A stretch of 64,000 nucleotides of DNA from Marsupella aquatica (lineage: Eukaryota > Plantae > Marchantiophyta). The position numbers and the translations under genes are program-made. The notes under the pieces are model-generated. The model did not search any database. It was not told the origin of the DNA and saw only the letters and a program-made list of their open reading frames with translations. Location of the stretch: contig OZ316895.1 in the NCBI GenBank assembly GCA_973895155.1, positions 13,131,186-13,195,185 of the forward strand, in the 5' to 3' direction. This document shows positions 1-17,435 of the stretch, piece after piece (positions within the stretch are counted from its first letter, which is position 1; every line of letters begins with the position of its first letter).

Positions 1-1432
1 GGGGCACAAGTTGTGGCCCGATCCGGGTTGGGCCGATCGGGGGCCTCGAGCGGCGATCAGACCTGAGGGCCTAGGCATGAGCACTGGGTCGACCCGGTCA
101 CAGCGGGCTAAGGCACTCTGCTTGCGGATGCCTATCAAGAAAGTTATGGGCGTTGCCAGTTGGTGGCGCGCCCATTATGCGCGATGGGATCCGGGTTGGG
201 GGCCAAATGTTTAGGGACCAAAGCTGGTCCGGGGGTGGCAGGTCTCCACAAGCATATATGAGGGGAGTGGGTCTCCCTGGGGGCTAAGGGCGAGCCAAAG
301 TCGTGAGCCGTGGCTGTCGCGACACTAAGGGAAACCACCAAACGGAAATGGGGATATCTTCCCAACTGGAAATCCGTTGGAGGACTTCTTAGGTGCGTTG
401 AAAAGCTCTTGAGGAGAGCTATGCCCTCTTGAGCTCAGCTGGGTCTGGGGGTGCCATGGGTTCTTGTGGTTTGCGGGTGTTAGCTCGCCCGTTTGCCAAA
501 TCCTGTCAAACAGCAGCCAAGTCGCGTTCAGCCTCCCAAGGGAGCTTGCATTGGGGAGGCAAGGCCAAGTAGGTATGGAGGCTGAGTCCCAAGGACGCTC
601 AGTCCCTAGACTATCAGTGGGGCGAACCGGGAGCGGTTGTTAGAGTCGGGGCCATTCTGGTCCCGGCGTGTGTGCTGTGATTGGTGAGGTGGCAAGGTCC
701 ACCAGTGTCCCTAATGAATAAAAACTAAGCAAGATATATAGCAGTGGCAAAAGAACAAAAATTTGCCAAAGCTGGATACATTTGCCAAATCTGGATTCAG
801 TATCCGAAGTCAAAGTCAGGCGACCCAAGGATCCAAAAGGCTGGAAACCAATAATAAAGTGAAGAAAGCAAGAGGACATGGCTGGGCGATCTCTATGGCA
901 CTTCACTGGTTGAAATCCCATTGCAGCTTATATTAGTAATGTTTGAAAGCAAGCGAATTTTTCGATTTGGAGCATCAGTGATACAATAATGTTGTGTTGA
1001 GAACTGAAGGCCATAGAGAAAGGAGCTCGAATCGAGAATGGCGAGAGCTTGAAAATCAAATTTAAAGTGAGAGAGATAGCAGCGAGGTCGGGACGAGAGA
1101 GCTGCTTAGAAGATCGATTCTAAAAAGGCGATGGCGATCGAGTGTAGGAGAGTAGGTCGAGAGCACAAGTGCTAGCAACGCGAGTGTAGAAAAGGTGTGG
1201 CAATCACTCCATAGCTTTGTGCAAATGAAGTTCTATGTAAGCTAAGAGTTCGAGCTTGTACGCCATCAATTGCAACGGTGAAGTAGCGTCGTTCCTCTGC
1301 ATTGCCCTGATTGGGGCAGAATTATGTGGCTATTTTGATTGTAGATGGCATCGGAAGCGAGCTTTTCCTATTATACCTTTCGTAGGAGAATCCCATTGTC
1401 ATTGTTTTCTAGTAATTTGTCCAGTCTATTGA

Positions 1433-6075
<4,643 letters not shown>

Positions 6076-6824
6076 ATTTCGTATTGATTCTGCTTAGCCC
6101 GGATGTGGTTAGGTAGAAATACGTCCCGATGCAGCTTCATAGTCCCTACATTCATGGCTGGGAGTGGTTTGCCTGGAATTTGAACTTCCTTGTAAACCTG
6201 TCTGGAGATGATTATCATCAGGCTGACCATGGTAGGCATTTCTAGGGTGCCTTTTGACTATAATCTGGGGCATTCTGGGAGGTAGTTCATTGAGAATGAT
6301 TAAAATCAGCGCTGCTAATTTCGAGAAGTGTCGTGGTGTTGAACCCGAAGATTGAATGTGATCTATTTTTCGTATATTCAACGTCCACCTAGGCAGGGAG
6401 ATCTTGTGCAGGCTTTAGTCATGGTTACTCTATTCTCAAATGAGTTACTTTAAGGTTTCTCTCTCAAGTGCTTATAAACGTTGTGATGTGAAGTGCATGG
6501 ATCCCCACTTGGAGAGCCTGAAAATTTGGCACAAATTGGCACTTCATGCGGGAGAGAGCTTACTCAGGAGCACATGCGGTAGACACTGCCATGATCAGGC
6601 AAAATTGACAGCATGGATTTATGGAACTGTCCAGCACAAATTCTCCATCCGCAGATGATGCGGAGTCGCTTTTTTCTCCACCTCAGACACCTTCCATGTT
6701 TTTGAAAGCGTACACGATCTCTTGTAGCTTACTGCAAAGCCAAAACACCACCACACCACGGCACAAATTCAACAAATACCACCCGAAATTTTTCTTGTCA
6801 GTATCCAATAGGGAAATTATTAGG

Positions 6825-7058
6825 TGTTAGGTGATTTTGGAAAAAAATTTCCCTAATTTCAATTTTTCCCTCTTTAGTATTGAAATTGAAAAACTCTTTC
6901 AGTTATCCAATAGGGAATTTCAATAGGGAAAACCAATAGGGAAAACCATAATTTCCCTATTGGAAAATATCAATAACCAATGGTTTTCCCTCTTCAGTTA
7001 TCCAATAGGGAAATTCAATACTAAAGAGGTTTTCATTTTTTTCCAAAATCACCTAACA
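6825..7058. mobile_element. MITE (~230 bp) with terminal inverted repeats
   Basis: tgttaggtgattttggaaaaaa (6825) is the exact reverse complement of ttttttccaaaatcacctaaca (ends 7058). Inner arms ctctttagtattgaa/ttcaatactaaagag also pair. Internal ccaatagggaa motif is repeated. Compatible with a TA target duplication. Confidence 0.8.
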
Positions 7059-8636
7059 TGCATCACTCACCAGTCAGATTCCACTATGTCTAACTGCAGC
7101 ATGGATGACGCAAGCCAATCATGTAGTCCCCTAGGATTGGAGCTTTTTTCTTCATAAATGCACCAAAAATGCAGTCTTCATTTGTGCATCTCGGCCCTCA
7201 CTATAAATGACAGATATATAAGTGCATTTCAGTCTGTCAATGTACAAATACATCTATCAGTTACTACAAAGAGTACACAAAATGCTTGATACAAGCTTGC
7301 AACAATTACATGCAATGCTTACATGCATTTATCCAGTTCATAAACTGAGGGCTAGTCTAAGGTTTTGAGTACGAGGACTTTAGGGCATGGGACCTAACAG
7401 CAGGTTTATGACAACATCACAATACCAGATTCAAATGCCAAACCCCAAACATGGAATGATAAAGAGTACACAACATTTTATTTTTTTGCCTTGAAAGATA
7501 GTTTTGAATTCCATTCGCAAAGACAGGACAAGACATGTAGCATGCAGGTCAGGCTTAGGGTGGTGGTGGTCAAGCCCTGATTTCTTTCTTTAAGTGCGTG
7601 AACTGACATGTTGCAGTTGTGAAGTCATACACATACCCAGAAGTGCATAAACTTAACTCCCTGCAATATTTGGGTAGTGGGTACAATTGCAGGCTTGGGG
7701 TAATTTCCTGGGAGCCTGCACTTAGACAAGGCAGACTGTAGGTCAAAGAGTTTTAATTGCACTGAGTGACTGTTCCAAACCGCCTACCTTACCCTAAGTA
7801 GGCAGACTCTCAGTTTTTGTGGCAATAGGGGGCCAACCCAAAGTTGGTTGGTTTAGCTTTTTCCAACCACCTTTCCAAAACGTAGGGCTGGAACGGTGGG
7901 TGTGTCATGCATGTAGCTGACCCTCACATCTTTGGCCCTTAAAACTCCCTGAATTGTAGGGGGAAAAGTGTTGTGCTATGGATCACAGAATTTTATGGTC
8001 CTGCTGAGTGTCATCTCACACTCGAGAGAACACAACCCGAGGACATCCAAACGGCTGAATGTGCACTCCATCAGGTGAATGCCTACATGCAAGACAGCCT
8101 GAGATATCACACAAATTAAACTTCTAATTTTCCCTGCCCAAACTTTTAAGACCCTGTTGTGAGGTCTACTCATTGTCCCCCGATATATACCTGATTTCTG
8201 AGTTTTGCCCTGCCCAAACTCTTAATTAATAAGCCAGTTGAGCGGCCTAGTCTCTGGTGCAGATTTCCCACCTCTCTAGCTTAATTGAAACAAAAGAACT
8301 ATCCCCAACAAATATTTTCAAGTTTGGCTCACTATTTGTGTCACTTGTGTATCCCTCCACCTGGTGTGAAGATAAGTGATATTATGACGTACCAGAAAGA
8401 GGCAGTTTGGGGAGTGGCTGCTCGACATGTGGGCCTCATCAGCGCCACACTTGGCAACCCCTCAATCGAGACATCTGGGCGCACTTTCCGGGAACACTTG
8501 GCATCTCCGTTCAGCTTCCCGTCCAGCTTCCCTGCTCATGTCCATTCCCAGCTGGGCACATTCTGCCTCTGCTCCCTGGCTAGCAAGAAGACTGAAGAGC
8601 CCATCGAGAATAGATAGTTATCCATAGCCATACCAA

Positions 8637-11600
8637 ATGGCCACCATTATTAAAACCTCACTGCACAATTTGACATTGATTTCAACTCGGCCATTTTGTC
8701 ATATCTCAGCTGGGCGCAAGTCTGATTTGAGGGGCGTTATTATCGGAACCGCAGAGAAAGGTGGAGCACAGAGAACCTTCACGAGCAGCAGAGGAAGCAG
8801 AGGGATTGGATTCGAGAGCAATAGTCGGACTTCACTAAGATTTCTATCGTTGTCGTCGACGAAGGACACTAGAGTGGGAGTTGATCGACCGGTTGTGCAG
8901 CAGCAGCAGCCCATTAGAGGAAGAATGGGGATGGGGGATCAGAATGGGTTGCAGACCGCAACCAATGGCCGGGAGGCGAAATTGGAGGCGAAATTGTATC
9001 ACATGTATGTGGCCAACAAGGCGAGGGACAGCAGTCAGGGGAAGTATCTGGATGTAGAGAACAAATACACTGGAAAAGTCGGTATGTGCTTCCATCAATT
9101 CTAACCCTACAGCGGTTTGCAGTCTGTGAAACATTGGAAACATGTGGCGTGCGGTGAAGTGTAGATTTCCATTGGCATGCACTGTGGGGATTCTCCGGGC
9201 GTCCAGTATATTCAGTTCAGCAGACCGTTCGCAGTTTAGCTGGCTGTTGAAAGAGTTTGTTTGCTAGATTGATATTCAATCGCAGATCAGTCCATCATAT
9301 CAGTTCAGCTCTTAACATCCCAATGCCGAATTGTTTTTCTTTGTGCTAGCAGAAGCTCGGGTGCCTTTGGCTAGTCCAGATGATCTAGAAGAAGCTATCC
9401 AGGCTGCCGTTAAGGCTTTTCCAGAAATGTCGGCCCTTCCATCATTCACTCGCAAGGCAATCCTCAAGAAGGTAAGATTTCAAGCTAATACGCCAGATCG
9501 AAAGTCGATATATCGAAGCAGCATCTTGTTTTCGGGGATATGTAAAATCCAGAATAGGAAAGTCTCGGGTTTTAAGTACTGCCAAAATCATTTGGAGGGT
9601 TCCAAACGATAGATGCTTGCCATCTGCATGCATGGATCTTGATAGACCGTCACATGTGGGTTACTGAGCGTCGATTTCAAACTACACAGTCCTGTGCGCA
9701 AATTGACCGTTACGGGATTTCAAGACTACATTCAATTGGGATGAATCATTAGACGAAGCGGAGTTGTTTTCTTGTTAAACTGCATTCTGCGTGAATTATT
9801 CTTTCAAGACCTGGTCAACACGAAAATCGTTTTCAGACTGGAGCTGACATCGGAGACAATGTTTGGAGTCTGGTTAAAATATCATTTGTAAGAGAAATGA
9901 CAAGTTCTTGTGTGTGGCCGTCAGGTTGTATCAGAATTGGTGAGAAGATCGGAAGAGGTGGCCCAGATTATCACTATGGAGTCGGGGAAAGCTATCAAAG
10001 ATGCACGGCAGGAAGTGGACCGGTCCATTGATACTTTCGAACTGGCTGCAGAAGAAGCGACTCGAATCTATGGAGACCATATGCCTCTTGACATCTCAGC
10101 TCGCACTAAGGGTTTGCAAGTATGTTCTCAAAACTTGGGTTATGCCTCCAACAGTTCGTATTCACTACACGACAAGTGTAAATGGAAGTCTCGCTGGACC
10201 GAGTCAAGATTGCTACACGACAAGTGTAAATGCAAGTCTCGCTGGACCGAGTCAAGATTGCCGGACGGCCTTTTGATTGTTGATGGTAACAAAACTAAAT
10301 GGATGTTTGAAACATTATCGAACTGTGATTTTACAAAACGTATGTTACCGCGTTCGTTAGGAAGCCCAGAAGATTAAATGGTGGCGAGAAAAATAATTTA
10401 GTGGACATCGAGGCTGGGATAGTGAATGTCTAGGAATACTTATAAAGTAACAGCTGAGATTCAGTGCGAGGTATCCTGAGTCCTATATTCACAAAATTAA
10501 GTCAGGTTTTTGAAAGCTGCACTTGACTGATTCAGTGTTTATTATCTCTTATCGGTGGTATTGTGACTAAGGAATTTCTGTAATTTACAGGGGATTGTTC
10601 GAAAGTTTCCCATCGGACCCGTTTCAATGGTCAGTCCTTGGAATTTTCCGTTGAATCTGGTGGCTCACAAAGTAGCACCAGCATTAGCAGTGGGTTGTTC
10701 TTTTGTATTGAAGCCCAGCAGCCGTACGCCCCTCTCGGCCTTGATTCTGGGCCAAATCCTGGAGTCATGTGAGGAGCTACCCAAGGGTGCATTCTCTATA
10801 TTGCCAGTGTCACGCCATGAGGCAGACGTGTTTACATGTGATGAGCGTTTCAAGCTCCTTACCTTCACCGGGTCAGGAGTTGCTGGGTGGGACATGAAAG
10901 CTCGAGCAGGAAAGAAGAAGGTATGGCACACATTACAGCGGCACCATGCTTGAAGACAAAAGAGAATCAAATATTACCTTCTCCTTCAGTTCCCGCACAA
11001 GTTTCTAGTACAAGGCTTGATCTCATCGTTATAATTAATTGATTGTATTCACCGGGTCAGGAGTTTTCATGAGTGGTATATGAAACTTACACAGGAGAGC
11101 ATGCCAGAAAGGGAACGGAAACATTTAAACGCTCTTTGCTTGTTTAATTCAAGCAGAAGAATGTAATGACATTTAGCTGTGTCTTGTTACTGGAATGCAG
11201 GTTGTGATGGAGCTTGGAGGAAATGCACCATGTATTGTGGAAGACCTGGTGCCCGATCTTCAAGGAACTATTCCTCGCCTGATGATTGGAGCGTTTTATC
11301 AAGGCGGGCAGTCGTGTATTCACATGCAAAGACTGTATGTTAAGGACACACTCTATGAGCAGGTAAAGTTTTAATATTGTTTAAGCTGGACAAGTCCATT
11401 AACTCATTGTTACGTTGCAGTTTCCAAGAAATCTTTAAGAACAAGGTATCTTGGGAGTTATTTGGACAGTTGACAACTTTACACATTGATTTACTTAATC
11501 TGTTTCCTCTCCAGGTGAAGAATGGGCTTTTGGACGCAGTGAGGAAAGTGAAAGTTGGAAATCCGTTTGACGAAGATACATTCATGGGTCCTATGATATC

Positions 11601-12590
11601 CGAGTCTGCTGCAAAAGGTGTTGAGGATTGGATACACGATGCAGTTGACAAAGGAGGGAAAGTCCTGATCGGTGGGAAGAGAGAAGGATCATTTTTGTAC
11701 CCCACAATAATGGAGAAGGTGCCCATGGAGGCTGATGCTCGGAAGGAGGAAATATTTGGACCTGTACTTCTAATGTACCCATATAGGTGAATTCTGGTCT
11801 TCGCTTTGGACTTTCTATGCTATGCCATATAACGTGTTTGATTGTTGGGTAGTCATTTCTTACCCTACGAAAGAGGGATGAAGTACTCCAGACAAGAGAT
11901 AATTTTCAGTTCCCTACTGGTGGCGGATGGTTGGAAGCTATTTGTTACAGCAAAGTCATTTATGCAGTCGAGCAGGCAGATTTGACAACCTATAGCTCGT
12001 CAAATTCGTGAAGTACTTACTTCAGTAGGCGTTTCGCAAAAGTAGTTATGTCACTGTATGTTTGACATCAGATCGTGATATCTCGTTCAGGGATTTCAAG
12101 GAAGCTGTTGAAGAGGCCAATAACACACACTACGGATTGCAAGCGGGTGTTTTCACGTCAGACTTGAACAAAGCGTTCTATGCTTTCGAGAAAATGGAGG
12201 TCAGTTCTCTATCTAATTTCACTAACTTGAAAGTGGACATTTGCTGTCGTATATTTATAGAGTCAAAGCTGAACCATACCCAGCAAATTTACATTAACGA
12301 AAGCCTTCACTTCTTGGCAATTGTCAAATAGAACAGTGCATCCCTGTGACTGTTATGTTTTTTCCTGACATACTTTACAATTCCAATACGTCTAAGTTAT
12401 ATCTCACGGGCAATGTGTTCTCATGTAGGTTGGCGGAGTGTGCTTAAATGATTCACCGAGTATGAGGGTGGACAGCCAACCATATGGAGGAGTGAAAGAC
12501 TCCGGCATTCAACGTGAGGGTGTTAAATACGCTATGGAAGACATGATGGAAACTAGAGTTCTGGTGATGCGAAATGTGGGTACTTTATAA
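8637..12590 (+). CDS. ALDH21A1: Aldehyde dehydrogenase family 21 (NADP-dependent succinic semialdehyde dehydrogenase type), 8 exons
   Basis: Exons: 8637 (or in-frame ATG 8925)-9081, 9353-9471, 9925-10119, 10591-10920, 11201-11362, 11515-11786, 12091-12199, 12429-12590. Motifs [46 protein letters not shown] (catalytic Cys), [16 protein letters not shown]. The C-terminus [10 protein letters not shown] matches moss ALDH21A1 as I recall it. Confidence 0.92.
10165..10260. repeat. 48-bp direct tandem duplication in ALDH intron 3
   Basis: ctacacgacaagtgtaaatg(g/c)aagtctcgctggaccgagtcaagattg occurs twice head to tail with one mismatch. Confidence 0.9.
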
Positions 12591-12785
12591 GAGGGAACTG
12601 CCGTAGATATGGTAATATGAGCTCCTGAAATTCCAACTAGTGGTCCCGCCTCGCAGAAAATTTTGGAAATATCAAGTTTTGTACATACAGTGCTTGGTCA
12701 ATATCAAAATCTAAGTTCTGTTAAAAACATTTCTCCTGTCACTCACCAATGCATGGAAGACTTGTGAGCTTTAGAGATACTCTAC

Positions 12786-12844
12786 AATTTGGCACTTATC
12801 ATCTGTCAAGAGTAGAATTTGGCACTTATCATCTGTCAAGAGTA
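12786..12844. repeat. ~30-bp tandem duplication downstream of ALDH
   Basis: aatttggcacttatcatctgtcaagagta occurs twice. Confidence 0.9.
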
Positions 12845-13040
12845 AACCTGGTTGAGAACCCGATGCTGAGGTTAGTTACACTATTCACGTAATTAGGTTT
12901 GTTGATATTTCCGTAGCTACAAAGAACTTATGGATAGCGGAAGATGAAATTCGAGATGCATAATTGATGTGTCTTTTGCCACAATGCAAACGGATGGAAT
13001 GTATGTATTTCATTCTATGTCTATTCGATTCGTTACTTGG

Positions 13041-13181
13041 TTGTGCACAAATCCAAACATTCTCCTCGACGTATTCAACCATGAAAGTTCTTTCATAATG
13101 AAAGCTACTTGATCGTGCACAAACCAAAACATTTACCTCGACATATTCAACCAGGAACGTTCCTTCATAGTAAAAGCAACT
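13041..13181. repeat. Diverged ~71-bp tandem duplication
   Basis: gtgcacaaa..aaacatt..cctcgac.tattcaacca.gaa.gttc.ttcata..gaaagc.actt occurs twice. Confidence 0.75.
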
Positions 13182-15740
13182 TTTTGGAGTCAAGATGTCC
13201 TGACTCTCATGAAGTAAAAGCAATTATTGGTTGCCAAAATATATATACCACACTGCAAAATGAACAAGACGTACAGGGTCCCACAGGCAAAAGGCCCAAG
13301 GAAGAGGAGGCCAGCAAGGTGGACTAATTTTCTTAAAATAAATCTCTACTATTAACGAACTTTTGGCTATTCCTTTGTACCAGAAGTGTCCTAAATACTA
13401 AACCATCAGACCGCGTTGAAGTCATGTAGCCCTCACTAATCCCGTTGAACTTGCACTGCAGTAACGGTACGTAGGTAATTGTACCGACAGCGCACTTCTG
13501 TTGATAGCTGATAGCAGAGTCCAGTCTACAGTCGTCACTGGAATAATTATGAACTGTGTCTTCGTTCAGCAGCGACTCACACGATAATTTTCACAAAAAG
13601 CGGCAGGCAGAACCAATCAGCTCCAATTTGTGATGTGGGCAGGAAAATTGAAATGAACAAGTCAACAGAATAGTCCTGTAGATTGTCTCAGTTAAAACAA
13701 GTGGACCGCTGAGAAGTTGGCACGTGGTTCAATTTTCTGTGCTCTGAGCCTCCGTGGCAGCTAGGCTTGTCTATCTAGGCACCTATTTCCCTGAGGACAT
13801 TAAAATCCAAACGTAGCCCACCCGTCCAGTAAATTAAAATGCTCAACAGTCAACCTGCGGAAATCCACAAACACTTGCCGTGTGTGAATCGACTTTGGTT
13901 TACATGCATGGGGCCACGGAATCCCAAAAAGCTCGTGAAGTTCGTGTTGTCACTAAAGCAATTTGGACGCAGTGGTCAACAATTCTTTTCCTTGCTGAAA
14001 CCAACTTAATATAGTATGGTACAATCTAACTCGTTGATGTGGAGCTGAAGTGAGATTTGCCAGATTACCGACATATCGATTGTGAGACTACATTTTAATT
14101 TACATCCTGCAGTCGACGACTATAAGGGTAGGTAGTAGAAAATTTTTAAAAACTGTCCTGTTACCAAAGACTTGTTTGTAGCCAGTTTACAAAACAATTC
14201 TCTGATCTTTGAAGCACCGCACGTTTTGTTGACACAATTTTTCCTGCACAGATGGAAAGGTTTGGCAAGGTGCTCAGATGAATTCACAGTCCCTCAATAG
14301 ACTATTAAAGCAGCAAAGTATTCATACACCTGGATAAACATAAACTAACATCAAATTGTTACTCATGAGATTATTTACAGTTTTGTCAGATTATTTTGCT
14401 TCTACTTACAATAAGAGACGATCAGCTACTATGATTTTAGTGTGATCATCGAAAAGTCTAAGACCAGCCTTTGTATTTCTATTTTTATAGCTTTTTTCTT
14501 TTCTAATGAACGATAGAATCTATTCACAACTCTTGTTCAGGAGCACACTGAGTAGTTGCTGTTCATAACATAACCAGAAGAAACAAATGTGACCAAAACA
14601 GATTCTATTCATGTTAGGAGGAAGCATCATGAGACATTTATTTGTTTAGGTGGGTGGCAATCTTAACACCTGGCATGGCCCTCAACTTTTATAATAATGT
14701 TTTATTAGAAAATAAATGATCCAATTGTCACAAAGGCTGGTGCTGGGAACTTGGATATCCACGCTAGGGAGTCTCAAAACTAAGAAATTGCAGATTCAAC
14801 CATAAAGGAATGGTCATAACTTTTTCACAAGGTTTTGTGAACATTTTTCTTTTATGTTGTGGGCAGTAACTTTTGTGTCCTTAACCCATAACTAGAGAGT
14901 TAAGGTCTATTAAATTGTTAGCTGTGAGACGCCATATTCAAACCATAGTGTAACAAAACATGAAGAAAAAAAATCCACTCAGCAAGTTTAGTTTAAACCC
15001 ACACACACTCTAACCTCACTCAACAGCCATGCGCAAGACTTTGAGTGAAAAACTTTGAGGCAGAGATTCACTGACCTGCAGTCTCCTCTCAGCCAAAATA
15101 GGATGTTGTGACCAAAATTGCTTTCTCTCAAATGAGGCCCTACGTAATACAACATCCACTCCGAGCCTTGTGTTCAAAGCCAGGGCATTGTGTTTTAATG
15201 TGCAATCTTTGCCTTCAATCTAACTAGACACACCATGCCTTGACTCGATTAGAACTATTCCCCTAATGTTTTTGTAAGTTGGAACATTATTGATTTATTA
15301 TGATGACCTGGATCATGGTGGTGAAGACATATTAAGCCTTGAGTTGGATGTGGGGTTGATGTAAGGGTGCTTAATATCAGTCTGTAAAGGTTCTTCTTTT
15401 ATTTTGTAACAGGAGTTTGGGCAAGTTTATTGACTTCTTTCACCAAAGACACAAATAAGGTCCACTGCTACCAAAAAGCCTGGCCCTCTCATCCTGGACT
15501 CTCCTACATTAAATGTACTTGACCAGATTTTGGTGGCTCCAAATTTCTGGAAATCCCTGAAATAGCAATGGTTCAATGATAACAGTTTTCTGACCACCTG
15601 TCCATTTTAAGGTGGCCCTACAAGACTTGGGGGCTGGCCCATTTCTTCCTTTTATTCACTCCAAGATTAAATCTGGACAGTATACTGAGCGAAAATTTTC
15701 ACAGTTGGCATTACAAGAATTTACTGCTTATTCAGATATA

Positions 15741-16105
15741 GTGCCTACTGATCTACATGGCAAGCAATGGGCCCAAGTAAATGCTGACATGGAGTGTTTT
15801 TTTTTGTCTAGAACTTTAGAGTGCCTACTGATCCTACATGGCAGGCAATGGGCCCAAGTAAATGCTGATGTGGAATGTTTTTTTTGTCTAGAACTTTAGA
15901 CCACCACTTCAAGCGCTCCAGTGGACCCAAATAAATGCTGAGGTGGAATGCTTATTTTGTCTAGAATTTTAGACTGTCTCCATAAGTGGACCCAAGTAAA
16001 TACTAAGGTGGAGTGCTTATTTTGTCTAGAATTGTATACCACATGGAGAGTGGACCCAAGTAAATGCTGAGGTGGAGTGCTGATTTTGTCAAGACTTTTA
16101 GACTA
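15741..16105. repeat. Tandem repeat array, five units of 60-80 bp
   Basis: Core gg(g/a)cccaagtaaatgctga..tggagtg.tt.ttttgtctagaa.tttaga recurs five times. The first two units are ~80-bp near-identical copies. Confidence 0.85.
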
Positions 16106-17435
16106 CCTTCAGACGTGGTCCAAACATTTTCAAACTTGGCTCCTTCATTCAAGTAATTTGCATTTATTGGATTATTATTGCAAACGATCTACCTTTAGAG
16201 TAAAAAGTGACTCCTACTTTGCTTTGGTGACCAAAACTCACAAGTCCCCCCCCCCCCCAACCCCCACCCCCTGCTCCCAAGTCATTCCAGTCAACCAACA
16301 GGTTGTGGACACCTATTTATTACAACGCTTGGGTCCCATTAGTAGATGTTATCTGCCTACCCATTTCCATTTGGGTGCCGAGTTGATTTAGGTGATAAGA
16401 GACTAACCTCTAGTTTTCTAAGTGTTAAGTTGTTTGCGCAAGCCTTGTGTACAACCCCGTGTGCAACGAGCCTTTTGGGAACCTCTCTTTGGGATTGGAG
16501 TTTGTGCATATTAAGGTCGGTCAACTTTTGAAGCATGAACTTAGAACCTTGCTTGCTGCAATGAGACTACTATTGTTCAGTCATGCTTGTTGGGACAACT
16601 AAATTTGAAAACTTTGTGGTAATGTGAACAATGTGAATGGGTACACCGTGTATAGGACTTGGAGATCATGTGGAGCCCTCCACCCTCATGTGTTCACCTT
16701 CTGTTCACAAGGTGCAGCACATGACATAGTTGTGCATAATTTGGCCAAATCAGGGTGGGCTGATTGTTATTGGGGCATGGATCAAGGGTGACTTGAGTGT
16801 TGTCTCTCAGTTGAACTACTAAGAATTTGAATAGGGGCTGGAACTGTCAGAAAGGCTTCCGGCTATGCTTCACTCCAAGAGTCACCAGTAGTTCTTGTAG
16901 GAGTAGAAAGAGACAACTTCCAGTTTACAGCACTACCCCGCAACTTCAACCAGAGTTTCATGAGTCAATATGTGCTTGTGCAAGAATTTCAGGCTACTCA
17001 TTTTGGACAACCATGAGTCATGCAACTTCAACCAATGTCATGCTAATTGTAGTTTAAGCAATTTGTCAACAAAGCTATGTGTCGAGTTCAAAAAACTGCA
17101 CTCTACATCAACGTTTCAGCAGTTTTTCAAGTCATGTGGTTTGAACCACTGGTTATGGCATATAAGCCAAGTTTTGGGGGGTGTGGGTGGGGATCTGCAA
17201 GGAGGGTCACTGGCCCATTTCCATTAGCCCCTTGTGAAGTTTATTCTTTGTATGTCTATTAATGGTTACGATACATCACCCCACGCCATGGAACCAGTAT
17301 GCCAGCCTGACCTGGGGATTCTCAAATTTGACTGTGAAATATGGTAAGGTGCAAGTGCCAGACAATGTTAAATGAGACTTTTGCAATGGAAAAATGAAAT
17401 GAATAGTTCAAAACTATATTTGGAGTTTCTCTCAA

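Noticed and set aside
13342-13360. a|tctctactattaa as a Helitron 5' end
   Set aside because: No matching 3' hairpin plus CTRR terminus was found downstream.
15741-16105. CRISPR-like look (conserved ~50-bp repeat with short variable linkers)
   Set aside because: The repeats are degenerate, the linkers are 10-28 nt and partly identical, there are no cas genes, and the context is a plant nucleus. It is an ordinary tandem repeat.
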